Positions 1-31,043 of a DNA stretch of 64,000 nucleotides are shown here, piece after piece (within the stretch, counting starts at the first letter, position 1; the number at the start of each line of letters is the position of its first letter). The translations under genes and the position numbers were made by a program. Source of the stretch: Octopus sinensis (Eukaryota). The stretch lies in the NCBI RefSeq assembly GCF_006345805.1, contig NC_043010.1, positions 19,158,001 through 19,222,000 on the forward strand. The letters are read 5' to 3'. The notes under the pieces were generated by a model, which was not told the DNA's origin, made no database searches, and was given only the letters and a program-made list of their open reading frames with translations.

Positions 1-151
1 CCTTGCAACATTGTTCTTGTTCAGATTGTAAGTTCCCCCGCCTTTTATTCTTCTACATTTAATAAAATAAAGTACCAGTCATATAATTGGGATAAACATA
101 AGTGATCTTTTCCACTCACCTAATTTCTGGCCTTGAGCATTATTATAATTA

Positions 152-612
152 CGGGTGGCAAGCTGGCAGAATTGTTGGCACACTGGGCAGAGCGCTTAGC
201 TGCATTTCGCCCATAACCATGTTCTGAGTTCAAATTCTGCCAAGGTCGACTTTGCCTTTCATCATTTTGGGTCAATAAAATAAGTCCCAGTTGAACACTG
301 GCGATCGATGTAATTGATTCATCCCCTCCCCCAAAGTTGGTGTCCTTGTGGAAACATTTGAAACCATCATCATCATCATTATTATTATTATTGTTGTTGT
401 TTTTGAAGGCAGCGTGCAGAATCGTTAGTATGTCAGGCGAAATGCTTAGTGGTATTTCGTCTTCACATTCTGAGTTCAAATGCCACCAGGGTTAACTTTG
501 TCTTTCATCCTTTTGAAGTCAATAAATTAAGTACCAGTTACGCACTGGGGTCAATCTAATCGACTTAATCCCTTCCCCCAAATTTGAGGCCTTGTGCTTC
601 CAGTAAAAAGGA
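152..612 (+). mobile_element. Two head-to-tail tRNA-derived SINEs (family with GTCGACTTTGCCTTTCATCC...AAGTACCAG core, Meta-domain-like)
   Basis: Copies ~152-365 and ~406-612; head GGCGGCGAGCTGGCAGAA, B-box-like GAGTTCAAAT, (ATT/ATC)n tails; family recurs at ~2355, 6590(-), 12890, 20128, 27549, 28274, 49515, 51585, 61198(-). Confidence 0.85.
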
Positions 613-639
613 TTATTTTATTGCCTTTGCACAGCTTCT

Positions 640-895
640 AACGATGGAGATGTACTACAGTGCCAGCTGTTCACTACCAGTGAACTAAGATAACACCTAT
701 TATTTTTCGAGCACCTTCTGGAGTATTCGAGCGGTTCCAAGTAGTGCTGTTTTCTGCAAGTGCTCCACCCTTATTGCAGCCCCTATTTCTTCCATGTACT
801 TCTCAAGATTTTTACTCACTGTTCCCAGGGTTCCGACAATTATTGGTACTGCTGCCACCTTTTTTCATCGACCACAACTGCTTAACCTCCCATGC
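640..895 (-). mobile_element. C-terminal remnant of an RLE-type (R4/HERO/NeSL-like) non-LTR retrotransposon
   Basis: Minus strand reads ...VPIIVGTLGTVSKNLEKYMEEIGAAIRVEHLQKTALLGTARIL... Confidence 0.75.
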
Positions 896-954
896 TAACC
901 TGTCTATTATTATTATTATTTCCAATTATTGAAATTTTTTCTTATTTTTTCTAG

Positions 955-19314
<18,360 letters not shown>

Positions 19315-19366
19315 ACAGCCCCACATTCATTTTTACATTCTTCATTTTAGCTTTTCATTTTTTTTT

Positions 19367-19372
19367 ATTAAA
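19367..19372 (+). terminator. Candidate SMU1 poly(A) signal ATTAAA
   Basis: ATTAAA 53 nt after the stop, followed by U-rich sequence; not unique evidence. Confidence 0.3.
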
Positions 19373-20524
19373 ATTATGAGGAAATTATTTTTGTTGTTAT
19401 TGTTATTTTCTTCTTTTTCTTCTTCTCCTTATCATTATGGTGAGTTGGGGGAATGATTAAAGCTTCAAATGAAATACTTTGCGATGTATGTTTTACAAGT
19501 AACTGAGACCTTTGGTAATACACCGTGCTTGAGAAGACCTGTCAAGCCAAGTGAGATTGTAGTCGTGGCTGATGCTGGTATTTTGTGCCAGTGACATGTA
19601 CAAAGCACCCACTCCACTCTCGGAGTGGTTGCTATTAGGAAGGGCATCCAGCTGTAGAAACATTGCCAGATCAGATTGGAGCCTGGTGCAGCTCCCCAGC
19701 TCACCAGTTTTTGGTGAAACCATCCAATCCATGCCAGCACGGAAAACAAATATTAAATGATGATGTTGATTATTATTGAAAAGGAATTTGAGGGTGGAGA
19801 GGGACGTGTTGCCTTCTAGTAAGTTTGTTGAAAGGTGGGTGAATGTTGGCAAAAAGGTCAGTGTGAAAGGACCCATTTTGAGCATGCGCTTGTGAAAAAT
19901 AAAAGGAGCAGGGTTTTTAACCAGTTGGTCAGGCACCCGTGGCTTTGGGCTTTTAAAGCACATCCCGCTATTGGTAGGTTTATTTGTTTAATTGTAATTG
20001 TTATTTTTGTTTACATGTTTTTAAAACCCTTTTGCATCGTTTTGTTATGTCCTATGTTGTTCTATGTAAGCCCTTGTGGCCATGGTTGCCCTTGTGGAAA
20101 AATTTGAAACCATTATTATTATTATTAGGGTGGTGAGGTGGCAGAATTGTTAGCATTGCCGGGCAAAATGCCTACAACATTTCACCCATCTTTACATCCT
20201 GAGTTCAAATTCTGTTGAAGTCGACTTTGTCTTTCAGGTTTGATAAAATAAGTACCAGTTGTACACTGGGGTTGATTTAATCAACAAAATTTGCTCGCCT
20301 TGCCCTTAATTTTGAAACCAATGTTTGTTATGTCACTGTACACTGTTCAGATCCTGGCAAAGTCAACTTTGCCTTTCATCTTTTCAGAGTCAGCGAAATA
20401 AATGTGTGTTTGTGTATGTATGTATAATATATATATATATATAAAAGCAAATACTGGACAATACCAGACTGACTTGGTGCCTGAACTTAAGTACAGTACC
20501 TAATTCAACTGAATCTTGGAGTTA

Positions 20525-22437
20525 CTGTATGGCAAGTAGCTTGCTTCCCAACCACATGGTTCTGGGTTCAGTCCCACTGCATGGCACCTTGGGCCGACCA
20601 GTGTCTTGTGAGTGAATTTGGTAGACGGAAACTGTAAGAAGCATGTCATATATCTCTTATTATAAAAGGCAGATTTTATCTGCCTCCCTTTGGGAGTTAT
20701 AAAAATCTACAATATAGGATTTCTTCAATTACAATTTACCTAGCATTTTTAAGAGTACAATGCATCGCGTCATGCCAGGTCCAGTTTTTAAAATTTAAAC
20801 TCCAATTAAGCAAAATTTACAGAAAACTCACATTCTGGTGTGTGTGTCACATGCTTTTCTTAGTCTGGTTTACACCACACGCAAACGCACACACACAGTG
20901 GGCAACGAATAAAATGAAAGTAAATAGCGACAGTGATTTGAGGAAGACTAAACTGAAAGTATTTTAACCACTACTCAAAAAATAAAAAAACACAGCAAAC
21001 AGAAACAAATAAATACATAACCATTTACTCCTCACACAATTTCTTCAATTAGAATTTACTAAGATTTTTCAGAGTACTTCAGTGGGTGATGCCATAAAAA
21101 ATTTCTTTCAATTTTACCACCAATAAGACAAAATTCGAGAAAACTCAATATTTTAACCTATCACTCCGAAAGCATTGATGTACATGTGTGCGTGCGTGAG
21201 TGTGTGTGTCATTCCTCACACACACGCATACACATACATATACACTACATACACATACAACTACATACAAACACGTGTGTGTTTGTTATTAGTAAAAAAG
21301 GCGCCAAAACTCAACTCACTTATCATTCCAACACATTTGCAAAGACACACGGACGGACAGAAAAGGTAAATTGGTTTTTATTTTACTCTGTATATATTTT
21401 ATTATATAATATTATATATAGATATATGTATATATAATTGCAGTATGAAACAGTGTTTATGTATAAACAGACGACACTTATATTAGTTACCAAGCCGCCC
21501 GAATTTACCTATTCATATTTAAATGAGAATATCAGAGCAAATCTCTTTAGTACATTCGTGAAAACACGTATTATACTTCGTAAACACTTCAACTACAGTT
21601 TTGTACAAAAATCGAAGTGTAATTTTAATTCCGTGATTATGGGAGATTTTTTTCCGAAATTTGTTCCTATTGTGTTTTCAAAATTTGTAATTCTGACAAA
21701 AAAATGGATACGAATTTCATTATATCAAGCAGCGAGTCAGAATTCGAAGGATTTTCTACTGAAGACCTTCATAAATCTAACTCTATGACTGAAAAAAAAA
21801 AAGCATCTTTATATAAGAGTGAAGTGTGTGTCTGTCTCCTACGATTTAGATTCCTAACTACTCCCACATTTTGCGCTGCAGTTTAACCAAAAGCGGGTCT
21901 TATAGTCGTGATTCATATCGAGCCCTTCTGGGTATTAGCGTGCGTCTACGATGAGTCTACGATTTAAAAAAATTTACCATCATATTTTTCCATTTTAATG
22001 CATTTTTTTCGCTTTTATATAAGGGAAGTAACTCTCTAAAAATATCTACGATGTGTCAACGATTTAAAAAAAAAATTACCTTAATTTTTTTTCAATTTTT
22101 AATGCATTTTTTTGCTATTTTTTGGCTATAACTCTCTAAAAATGCTTATATAGTTATTTCCCTTACAAACCCGAGCAACGCCGGGCGATACTGCTAGTAT
22201 ATATATATATATATATGTATATGTATGTATATATATGTTTGTGTCTCCGTGTTTGTTCCCCTCCCAACATCGCTTGACAACTGATGCTGGTGGGTTTACG
22301 TCCTTGTAACTTAGCGGTTCGGCAGAAGAGACTGATAGAATAAGTACAAGGCTTACAAAGTATAAGTCCCGGTGTTCATTTGCTTGACTAGAGGCGGCGT
22401 TCCAGCATAGCCGCAGTCAAATGACTGAAACAAAAGA
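20525..22437 (+). mobile_element. CORE-type SINE split in two (20525-20652 and 22198-22437)
   Basis: 5' half stops at its internal (AT)n; 3' half resumes after the Helitron CTAG. Confidence 0.85.
20653..22197 (+). mobile_element. Composite 1.5-kb Helitron insertion
   Basis: A|TCTCTTATTATAAAA start, second Helitron head at 21806, hairpin + CTAG|T end at 22197. Confidence 0.75.
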
Positions 22438-22522
22438 TATATATATAGATACATATAATATATATAAAGATATATAGATATATATATATAAAGATATATG
22501 TAAAGATATATATATATATATA

Positions 22523-25500
22523 TTAAGGTATGTAGAAAAATACAACATGGACAAGAACGTATAACTCATAGAAGACGATACAATAAACATGGATAGGACA
22601 TTCGAACCCCTCAGTCTTCAGTCAAGAACCGGATCATCGTAGTAATTTCGGCTGATTAATCTTGAGATTACTAGATCACGGCCAGCCCTCCAAGAAAAAC
22701 TAAGCTGGAAGCGTAGATTTCCTGGAAGAAGGATCGAATGCATACGAACACCAGGACAGCAAAAGGGACAGATATAAAAAAAACGGTTAATATAGGGCGT
22801 AACAAATATCAGAAAATCAAAAAAAAAATGTGTGTAATAGGTGTAAAACAACTTCCTATGAACGAATATGAAAAAAAAAATTCGCGCACGCGAAAGGGGG
22901 GTGGGGGAGAGGCCTCGGAAAATTCACATCGGGAAGTTCCGAAAGCGTCTGAGGGGCTGACCCGGGCACCAAAACAAAAAAAAAATAGTGTAATATGTGT
23001 AAAACAACTTGCTCTAAACGAATATGAAATAAAAAATGCGCTCTCGAGAAAGAGGGGTGGGGGAGAGGCCTCGGAAAATTCACATCGGGAAGTTCCGAAA
23101 GCGTCTGAGGGGCTGACCCGGGCACCAAAACAAAAAAAAAATAGTGTAATATGTGTAAAACAACTTGCTCTAAACGAATATGAAATAAAAAATGCGCTCT
23201 CGAGAAAGAGGGGTGGGGGAGAGGCCTCGGAATATTTATATCGGGAATTTCCGAAAGCGTCTGAACCGGGCACAAAAACAAAAACAAAAACAGCGTAATA
23301 GGTGTAAAACAACTTGCTCTAAACGACTATCATGAAAAAAATGCGCGCTCGCGAAAGGGGGGTGGGGGAGAGGCTTCGGAAATTTCACATCTTCAGTCCA
23401 CGGCCTTTAAACTAAGAAAAAATAGTGTAATTGGTGTAAAACTACTTGTTCTAAACGAGTATCAAGAACACACACTCACACATGAATCATAAAATCATAT
23501 TTCGCAAAAAAAAAAAATAAAGAGAAGAAATTCTGGAAAAAGTGAAGAAATATTGGATCTCCGCCATGTGAATCAAAATACGTGTCAGAAACATCTTGAA
23601 ATACTACAGAAATTATGTTACGAAAATGATAATGTATACATACCTCTTTGAGTGGTCCATCGATAATGATGATTAAGAAATGAGTTGGATTTGAACTCAG
23701 AATATTGACTAACACAACTACATACTACAAGACTCAAAATATTCAGCCAAGTCACCACCCTTTAACTAGCAATAATAATAACATCAATAACATAACAGCC
23801 AAAAGATTTATTTGTTCTGAAAATAACAATCATAGTAAATAAATATGTTCTTTAATATTCACATTCATGTGCACAGTTAAACACACTTACATACAAACAG
23901 TCACGCATGCATAATACAGAACGGAACACATAAATGAAGGATGCATTACTTAGTATATATTACATCTAGAGAATTTTGATTAATAAGTCAAATATGCAAA
24001 TTATAAAGATAATTAATTGCTTTACTAAACAGTGTTGTAAAGGTGAAAAAATAAATTTGGGAAAAAAATACACGCCAAAACTAATTAATAAAGGATAATT
24101 AGGGAAGGATTGACACAAAATAATAATTTTTTCTGTCTCTTTTTTTCTGATAAATGCATCTTAATAAGTGAGAAGAATTGCATATATCTGAACTATTTCA
24201 AAGAAAAGCATAAATTTAATGTTTAAAATAGCTTTAACCAAGGAATGAGATCCAACATTTCTTCACTTTTTCCAGAATTTCTTCTCTTCTCTTTATTTAT
24301 TTTTTTTTGCGAAATACGGAGTTTATGATTCATGTGTGAGTGTGTGTTCTTGATACTCGTTTAGAACAAGTAGTTTTACACCAATTACACTATTTTTTCT
24401 TAGTTTAAAGGCCGTGGACTGAAGATGTGAAATTTCCGAAGCCTCTCCCCCACCCCCCTTTCGCGAGCGCGCATTTTTTTCATGATAGTCGTTTAGAGCA
24501 AGTTGTTTTACACCTATTACGCTGTTTTTGTTTTTGTTTTTGTGCCCGGTTCAGACGCTTTCGGAAATTCCCGATATAAATATTCCGAGGCCTCTCCCCC
24601 ACCCCTCTTTCTCGAGAGCGCATTTTTTATTTCATATTCGTTTAGAGCAAGTTGTTTTACACATATTACACTATTTTTTTTTTGTTTTGGTGCCCGGGTC
24701 AGCCCCTCAGACGCTTTCGGAACTTCCCGATGTGAATTTTCCGAGGCCTCTCCCCCACCCCCCTTTCGCGAGCGCGCATTTTTTTCATGATAGTCGTTTA
24801 GAGCAAGTTGTTTTACACCTATTACGCTGTTTTTGTTTTTGTTTTTGTGCCCGGTTCAGACGCTTTCGGAAATTCCCGATATAAATATTCCGAGGCCTCT
24901 CCCCCACCCCTCTTTCTCGAGAGCGCATTTTTTTTTCATATTCGTTTAGAGCAAGTTGTTTTACACATATTACACTATTTTTTTTTTGTTTTGGTGCCCG
25001 GGTCAGCCCCTCAGACGCTTTCGGAACTTCCCGATGTGAATTTTCCGAGGCCTCTCCCCCACCCCCCTTTCGCGTGCGCGAATTTTTTTTTTCATATTCG
25101 TTCATAGGAAGTTGTTTTACACCTATTACACACATTTTTTTTTTGATTTTCTGATATTTGTTACGCCCTATATTAACCAAAAAAACAAAAAACAATAATG
25201 GAATACAGAAACATGAAATACAGAAGCATTAACGGTGAAAACAACAAGTGTCTTACGACTGATAACAAGCAAACAAATTTTTTCTCTGGCGCATTGGAAA
25301 AAGCCTTTATAGCGGCGGACGAAGAACAACGATGTTAACACGACGAGGGTCAGGAGCTGAAAGGCAGATTTCGGCCAACAGTCACGTGACAGAGAAGAGG
25401 GAAAAGAAAAGAAGAGAGAGAGAGAAAAGGGGGACAAAACGCAACAAAGAGAGAGAAGAGAAAGAAGGAATCAGAGAGGAGAAGGGATGGGTGTCGAAGA

Positions 25501-26380
25501 ATGACCTGTGAGTGCAGAGCGAGACAAAGAAATAGGAGGGTAGTGGAAGACTAGACCAAAGGATCAGAGGAAAGAGAAGATGAATAGAGAGAAAGTAAAA
25601 ATGAGAGAGAGAGAGAGACAAACAGAGAGTCGTACCAATTATTAAGAATATGTGTTCACATTAATGATAAAGGGGGTACGGGGCGCCTGGAATATATGTT
25701 AAGGTATGTAGAAAAATACAACATGGACAAGAACGTATAACTCATAGAAGACGATACAATAAACATGGACAGGACATTCGAACCCCTCAGTCTTCAGTCA
25801 AGAACCGGATCATCGTAGTAATTTCGGCTGATTAATCTTGAGATTACTAGATCACGGCCAGCCCTCCAAGAAAAACTAAGCTGGAAGCGTAGATTTCCTG
25901 GAAGAAGGATCGAATGCATACGAACACCAGGACAGCAAAAGGGACAGATATAAAAAAAACAAAAAACAATAATGGAATACAGAAACATGAAATACAGAAG
26001 CATTAACGGTGAAAACAACAAGTGTCTTACGACTGATAACAAGCAAACAAATTTTTTCTCTGGCGCATTGGAAAAAGCCTTTATAGCGGCGGACGAAGAA
26101 CAACGATGTTAACGCGACGAGGGTCAGGAGCTGAAAGGCAGATTTCGGCCAACAGTCACGTGACAGAGAAGAGGGAAAAGAAAAGAAAGAGAGAGAGAGA
26201 AAAGGGGGACAAAACGCAACAAAGAGAGAGAAGAGAAAGAAGGAATCAGAGAGGAGAAGGGATGGGTGTCGAAGAATGACCTGTGAGTGCAGAGCGAGAC
26301 AAAGAAATAGGAGGGTAGTGGAAGACTAGACCAAAGGATCAGAGGAAAGAGAAGATGAATAGAGAGAAAGTAAAAATGAG
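22523..26380 (-). mobile_element. Tandemly duplicated ~0.7-0.8 kb element, Penelope pseudo-LTR-like, between (TA)n tracts
   Basis: Copy 1 = 22523-22784 + 25179-25697; copy 2 = 25698-26380; only ~3 differences seen. Penelope identity is an inference from tandem layout and (TA)n flanks. Confidence 0.6.
22785..25178. mobile_element. Non-autonomous foldback-type DNA transposon (Merlin- or MULE/Foldback-like)
   Basis: GGTTAATATAGGGCGTAAC...GTTACGCCCTATATTAACC; arms 22785-23561 and 24247-25178 built of 149-156 bp subrepeats; 8-bp TSD AAAAAAAC. Confidence 0.93.
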
Positions 26381-26683
26381 ATATATATATATATACATTG
26401 CTGCTTTGGTGACCCAGTAGGAATGGGTGTTAAAAAGTACTAATACAACACATAGGTGGTGGTTTCCAATCGCTTCCAGAAATTACAAGAGACCTAGTTA
26501 AAAATTTTAATGGCGGTGCCCCAGCATGGCTGCAGCTCTGAGCTTCAACTACATATATATATATGTTAAGAAGAGCATCCAGCCGTAGAAACCATGCCAA
26601 ATCAGACGAGTCTGGTGCAGCTTGCCAGCTCTGGTCCAACCCATGCCAGCATGTACAACAGACGTTAAATGATGATATATATA

Positions 26684-27085
26684 CTAGCACTATGACCCGG
26701 CAACGCTGGGTCATAGTGCTGGTATATATATCATAGTGCTAGTGCATGCATATACAGCTGCGTGTGCGCGCACACACACGCGAGTACTGTCCAAATCTCC
26801 GACCAATCACATACAGCTAGCTGGCATTCAATTGGCGTATCAAGTTTTGGGCATTTTGATTGGGTTTTGGATAGAAAATTCACAAAAAAGTCACTTCTAT
26901 TGACCTTTTAATGGCTTTGCGGGGTGACTGGGGAAATGTAAAGATGTGCACGACCACCCTTGGACGGTTTTGAATGACCATAGAAAGTGCGAGCCCTCTA
27001 ACTGAAAAATTGTGGATTTGTATAAAGGACACACACACAGACAGACATTTTGCCGTTTACTCAGAGTATATATATATATATATAT
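26684..27085 (-). mobile_element. Non-autonomous Helitron-like element (homologue of 11867-12225)
   Basis: Reverse-complement homology over ~350 bp; A|CTAG-anchored palindrome at 26684. Confidence 0.8.
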
Positions 27086-27299
27086 ACTGCATTCTGGGAG
27101 TGCTATGTATTATGTATCCAACTTTATTTTATCTTGTTAAGCCTAACGTCACGCGGGCAAAATATTTTGGGTGGGAGGTGACGCTACCCTTCCTGCGTAC
27201 GCATGGACATTTTTGCACCGGTTGGCCGCGTCAGTTCCCGGCTGTTACGCCTAGAGTACAGATGTGTAGCGCGCGCCCATAGGATTCCCATTTTCACGC

Positions 27300-27870
27300 A
27301 AGATCACCAAATACAACGAGCAGAGACCATAAACGCCTGTCTTATCACTCCGCATGCACAAATCCTCCGTTAAAGTGGAACGTACTGATCCTCTAATAAT
27401 TCGTCAGCAATTTCATGCATTGTTACATGATGGGTTCCCATAATTATTCGCTGAACCTTCCCAATCAGTTCCTCGTTTCGGTTCCTCGATGGCCTACTTC
27501 ACTCTCCACAAAGGCGCAGTCATGTTTGAAGCGGTTGTGTCACTCCTTAAGGCGGCAAGCTGGCAGAAACGTTAGCACGCCGGGCGAAATGCGTAGCCGT
27601 ATTTCGTCTGCCGCTACGTTCTGAGTTCAAATTCCGCCGAGGTCGACTTTGCCTTTCCTCCTTTCGGGGTCGATAAATTAAGTACCAGTTGCACACTGGG
27701 TTCGATATAATCGACTTAATCTGTTTGTCTGTCCTTGTTTGTCCTCTCTGTGTTTGGCCCCTTGTGGGTTGTAAAGAAATAGGTTGTGTCACTCCTTGAT
27801 CTGAGTTTTACCCGTGGCATCATCGCAGAAGGCCTGCTGAATCTTCTGGATTGTGAGTAAAGAATGGTCC
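27300..27870 (-). mobile_element. Mariner transposase N-terminal remnant, interrupted by a SINE
   Basis: After removing the SINE: KIQQAFCDDATGKTQIKE*HNRFKHDCAFVESE..., the mariner HTH region. Confidence 0.75.
27549..27781 (+). mobile_element. Full-length tRNA-derived SINE with 16-bp TSD
   Basis: GGTTGTGTCACTCCTT at 27533-27548 and 27782-27797. Confidence 0.92.
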
Positions 27871-28574
27871 GAGGGAATAGTCCTACTCTAAGCACGTGTC
27901 CACGGGCTGGAAGGTATGGATGGCATAGGGGCCATTGCTATGATACTTCTGGTGAGCAGGGTGACTGAGGATATGTGGGGTTCCGTGGATTTCTTTAGGT
28001 GGCGTTTCTCTGTGGAGAAATTTTGTTAGAATTTTCATGTTGTTATTGTTATATTGTTTATATATGTTTACACGGGATCGGAACGTTCTGAGTTCAAATC
28101 CCGCTAAGGTCAACTTTGCTTTCCATCCTCTCGGTGTCGATACAATAAATTGCCGGTCATGTACTTGGGCCAATGGTTTCAACTGACCTCTCCTCTGAAA
28201 ATTACTGGCCTTCTGCCATAATTAGAAACAACATCAACGACAACTACTACTACTACTACTACAACAACAACAAAGACGGCGAGCTGGCTGACTCGTTAGC
28301 ACACCGGGCAAAATACTTCGCGGCATTTCGCCCGTCTTCACGTTCTGGGTTCAAATTCCGCCGAGGTCGACTTTGCCTGTCATCCTGTCATAAATTAAGT
28401 ACCAGCGAAACACTGGGGTCCTTGTAATCGACTCATCTCCACCTCCTCCAAAACTACTGCCCCTGCTGCAAAATTTGAAAACCATTATTATTATTAGTAA
28501 GAGTTATTGTTGTTGTTGTTGTTATCGCAACAACCAATCCACCACATTGCATTAATCAAATGGTTTATTAAAAA

Positions 28575-28975
28575 ATGGTATTATTACAACCTTCATCCTC
28601 ACCTCCACCACCACTGCCATCGCCGTCATCGCCACGACCACTGCCACCACAGTCACCACCACCATCACGACCGTCACCACCACTAACATCACCACCACCT
28701 CCACCACTGTCACCATCGTCACCGCTACCATCACGACCGTCACCTTCACCACCACCACCATCACCGCCACCATCACCACCACCACCACAAACATCACCAC
28801 CACCACCACCACCACCACCACCACCAACATCACCACCACCACCACCACCACCACAACCACCACCACCACCATCACCACCACCAACAACAACAACATCACC
28901 ACCACCACCACCACCACCACCACCAACATCACCACCACCACCACAACCACCACCACCACCACCACCACCAGCGTC
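28575..28975. repeat. Imperfect (CAC)n microsatellite, ~400 bp
   Basis: CAC/CAT/CAA triplets; source of the poly-Pro and poly-Val ORFs. Confidence 0.95.
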
Positions 28976-29471
28976 ACTGTCACAGTTTAATAATCATCAT
29001 ATTTCAACCACATCTGATGGTGGCGGATGTTATCAACTCACTTCTGGGTGAGTCTGTGTGTCCCCGTTTGTCTGTCAGTCTGTCTTCTGTCTGTATGCAT
29101 GCATGTATGTATGTTTGTTTGTATGTCTGTATGTATGTGTATATGTATGCATGCATGTGTGTGTGTATGTATGTATGTGTGTGTGTATGTATGCGCGTAT
29201 AAGTGTATGTGTGTCTTGTATGAGTGTGTGTTTGTCATTCTGCACCGCACTGCTGCGTGTGTGTTCCCATCACCTGGTTTGTGGGATAATATTAATACAT
29301 ACATACTTACGTACGTACATATACATACATACATAACATATATACATATACTCACAAACACGCACATATACGTATGTACATACATGTAAATATATATGTG
29401 TATATATATATATGTGTGTGTGTGTGTATTTATATATGTAAATATGTCTATGTATGTATGTATTTATGTGA

Positions 29472-29502
<31 letters not shown>

Positions 29503-29978
29503 GTTAAAAAAAACTAAAATATTCAGCGTGTGTGTGTGTGTGTGCCTCTATCCATGTATGTGGCTACTTCACTCCAAGACCCTTCTCCGGTTGACTGGTC
29601 CTGGGCAAATGTGTGTAAATGTGATAAACGAGACAACCTCTGCTGCCAGACATTCTCACTGGCCATTTTTTAGCGACAATACATCGAAACTCATTCTTGC
29701 AATAACAGAATTCTGTAGATGTTGTTGTTGTTGTTGTTGTTGTTGTTGAGCACGTGGGTGGCAGTATTTGTGTTACAGTATAGACGTGGGTGTATATGTA
29801 TATGAGTTGGAGTGACGAATACATGTATGTGTATGCGTGTGCGTGTGTGTGATGAAGTCGCTAATCTAACGTTTATGACACACGAAGCTTTCTATTTCAT
29901 ACCTTTATTAACACCATTTATCAATTCTCAACATTATAGTGTGTGCGTTCATGTGTATATCTTTGTGCGCACGTGTTC

Positions 29979-30013
<35 letters not shown>

Positions 30014-30048
30014 TGTATGTATGTATGTATGTATGTATGTATGTATGT

Positions 30049-30565
30049 CAGGTCACTTTCGAGTGCCACTGGTAACATGTAATCCAGTACAACTTGTTGC
30101 ATGGTCGGGTCGTCGGCGACTAAACCGGAAACCCCACCAAGCTTACTTGGTGAGGAGGGTTTTTATTGGACACCCTGCGGGATAAAAAACAAAACCCATT
30201 CAATAAATGTCTTAAGGCTGTATCATGAGCGGGGACATACAAATAATCGGACTGAATACCCGATCACGCGTTTAAACCATTGGGAGTGAAGGACTGCTAG
30301 CCTTTGTTAGGGCATCCTTCTAGGAGAAGGTAACTCAGGTAACAGGGATAACTCCGACATAAAACCTGCGGCTCAGTGGTTACCGATGATGTTGACTTGT
30401 TCTTCTTTTCGGATTATGGCTGCGGTGGCTTAGTGAGTGGGATTGACTCAGTGCACAGCCTTTCCTCACTTTAAAAAAAATCTTCTTGCACAGACATTGC
30501 ACGATAACAGCATTGATTAAGCTTCGTGCAATGGCCATACTCGATAACGAGAGGGCAGCCACCAT
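30049..30565 (+). mobile_element. Short non-coding RTE-derived element inside (TATG)n
   Basis: CTAGGAGAAGGTAACTC resembles the RTE 5' UTR motif; truncated 335-bp second copy at 32170-32504. Confidence 0.6.
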
Positions 30566-31043
30566 GTATGTATGTATGTATGTATGTATGTATGTATGTA
30601 TGTATGTATGTATGTATGTATGTATGTATGTATGAGTTAAAAACGTATAGTAAGTGCACAATCGAAAAACAAGCACAGAATGGCAAGTTAAAAAACAGTA
30701 AATGCACAGACGAGCGGAAAACAGACAGAGAAGGTCCCCAACTCCTGATCAGTTATCAGCCAGAGAGTCAAACGCAATTTCGTGCCTTTAACGATAATAT
30801 TCTGGTGGCACCAGAATATGGGACCGAGAACAGACAAACAATAAATGGATAAACAAGCAATACAAAAATGGATATACGATAATGGGAGGTGTTTACCATT
30901 TCCACTACAACAATTCATATACGTCACATATATTTCTGCCTTTAGGTTGTAAAATTTCGAATTAGCCATCCATATTATATATATATAAATATAAGCATAA
31001 TTAAATCTCAGAATGAGATTGAAACAGTAATCGCTCGATAATG

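Noticed and set aside
21704-21886. ORF MDTNFIISSSESEFEGF... as a captured gene
   Set aside because: Only a short acidic motif; the rest of the ORF reads into the Helitron head.
22850-23400. CRISPR-like regular array (also considered for 50521-51564)
   Set aside because: Head-to-tail tandem units without unique spacers, no cas genes, eukaryotic context.
22738-25195. ORFs up to 186 aa in the foldback arms
   Set aside because: Products of a 156-bp (52-codon) subrepeat, mirrored on both strands, no recognisable domain.
28552-29051. Poly-Pro and poly-Val ORFs
   Set aside because: Translations of a (CAC)n microsatellite.
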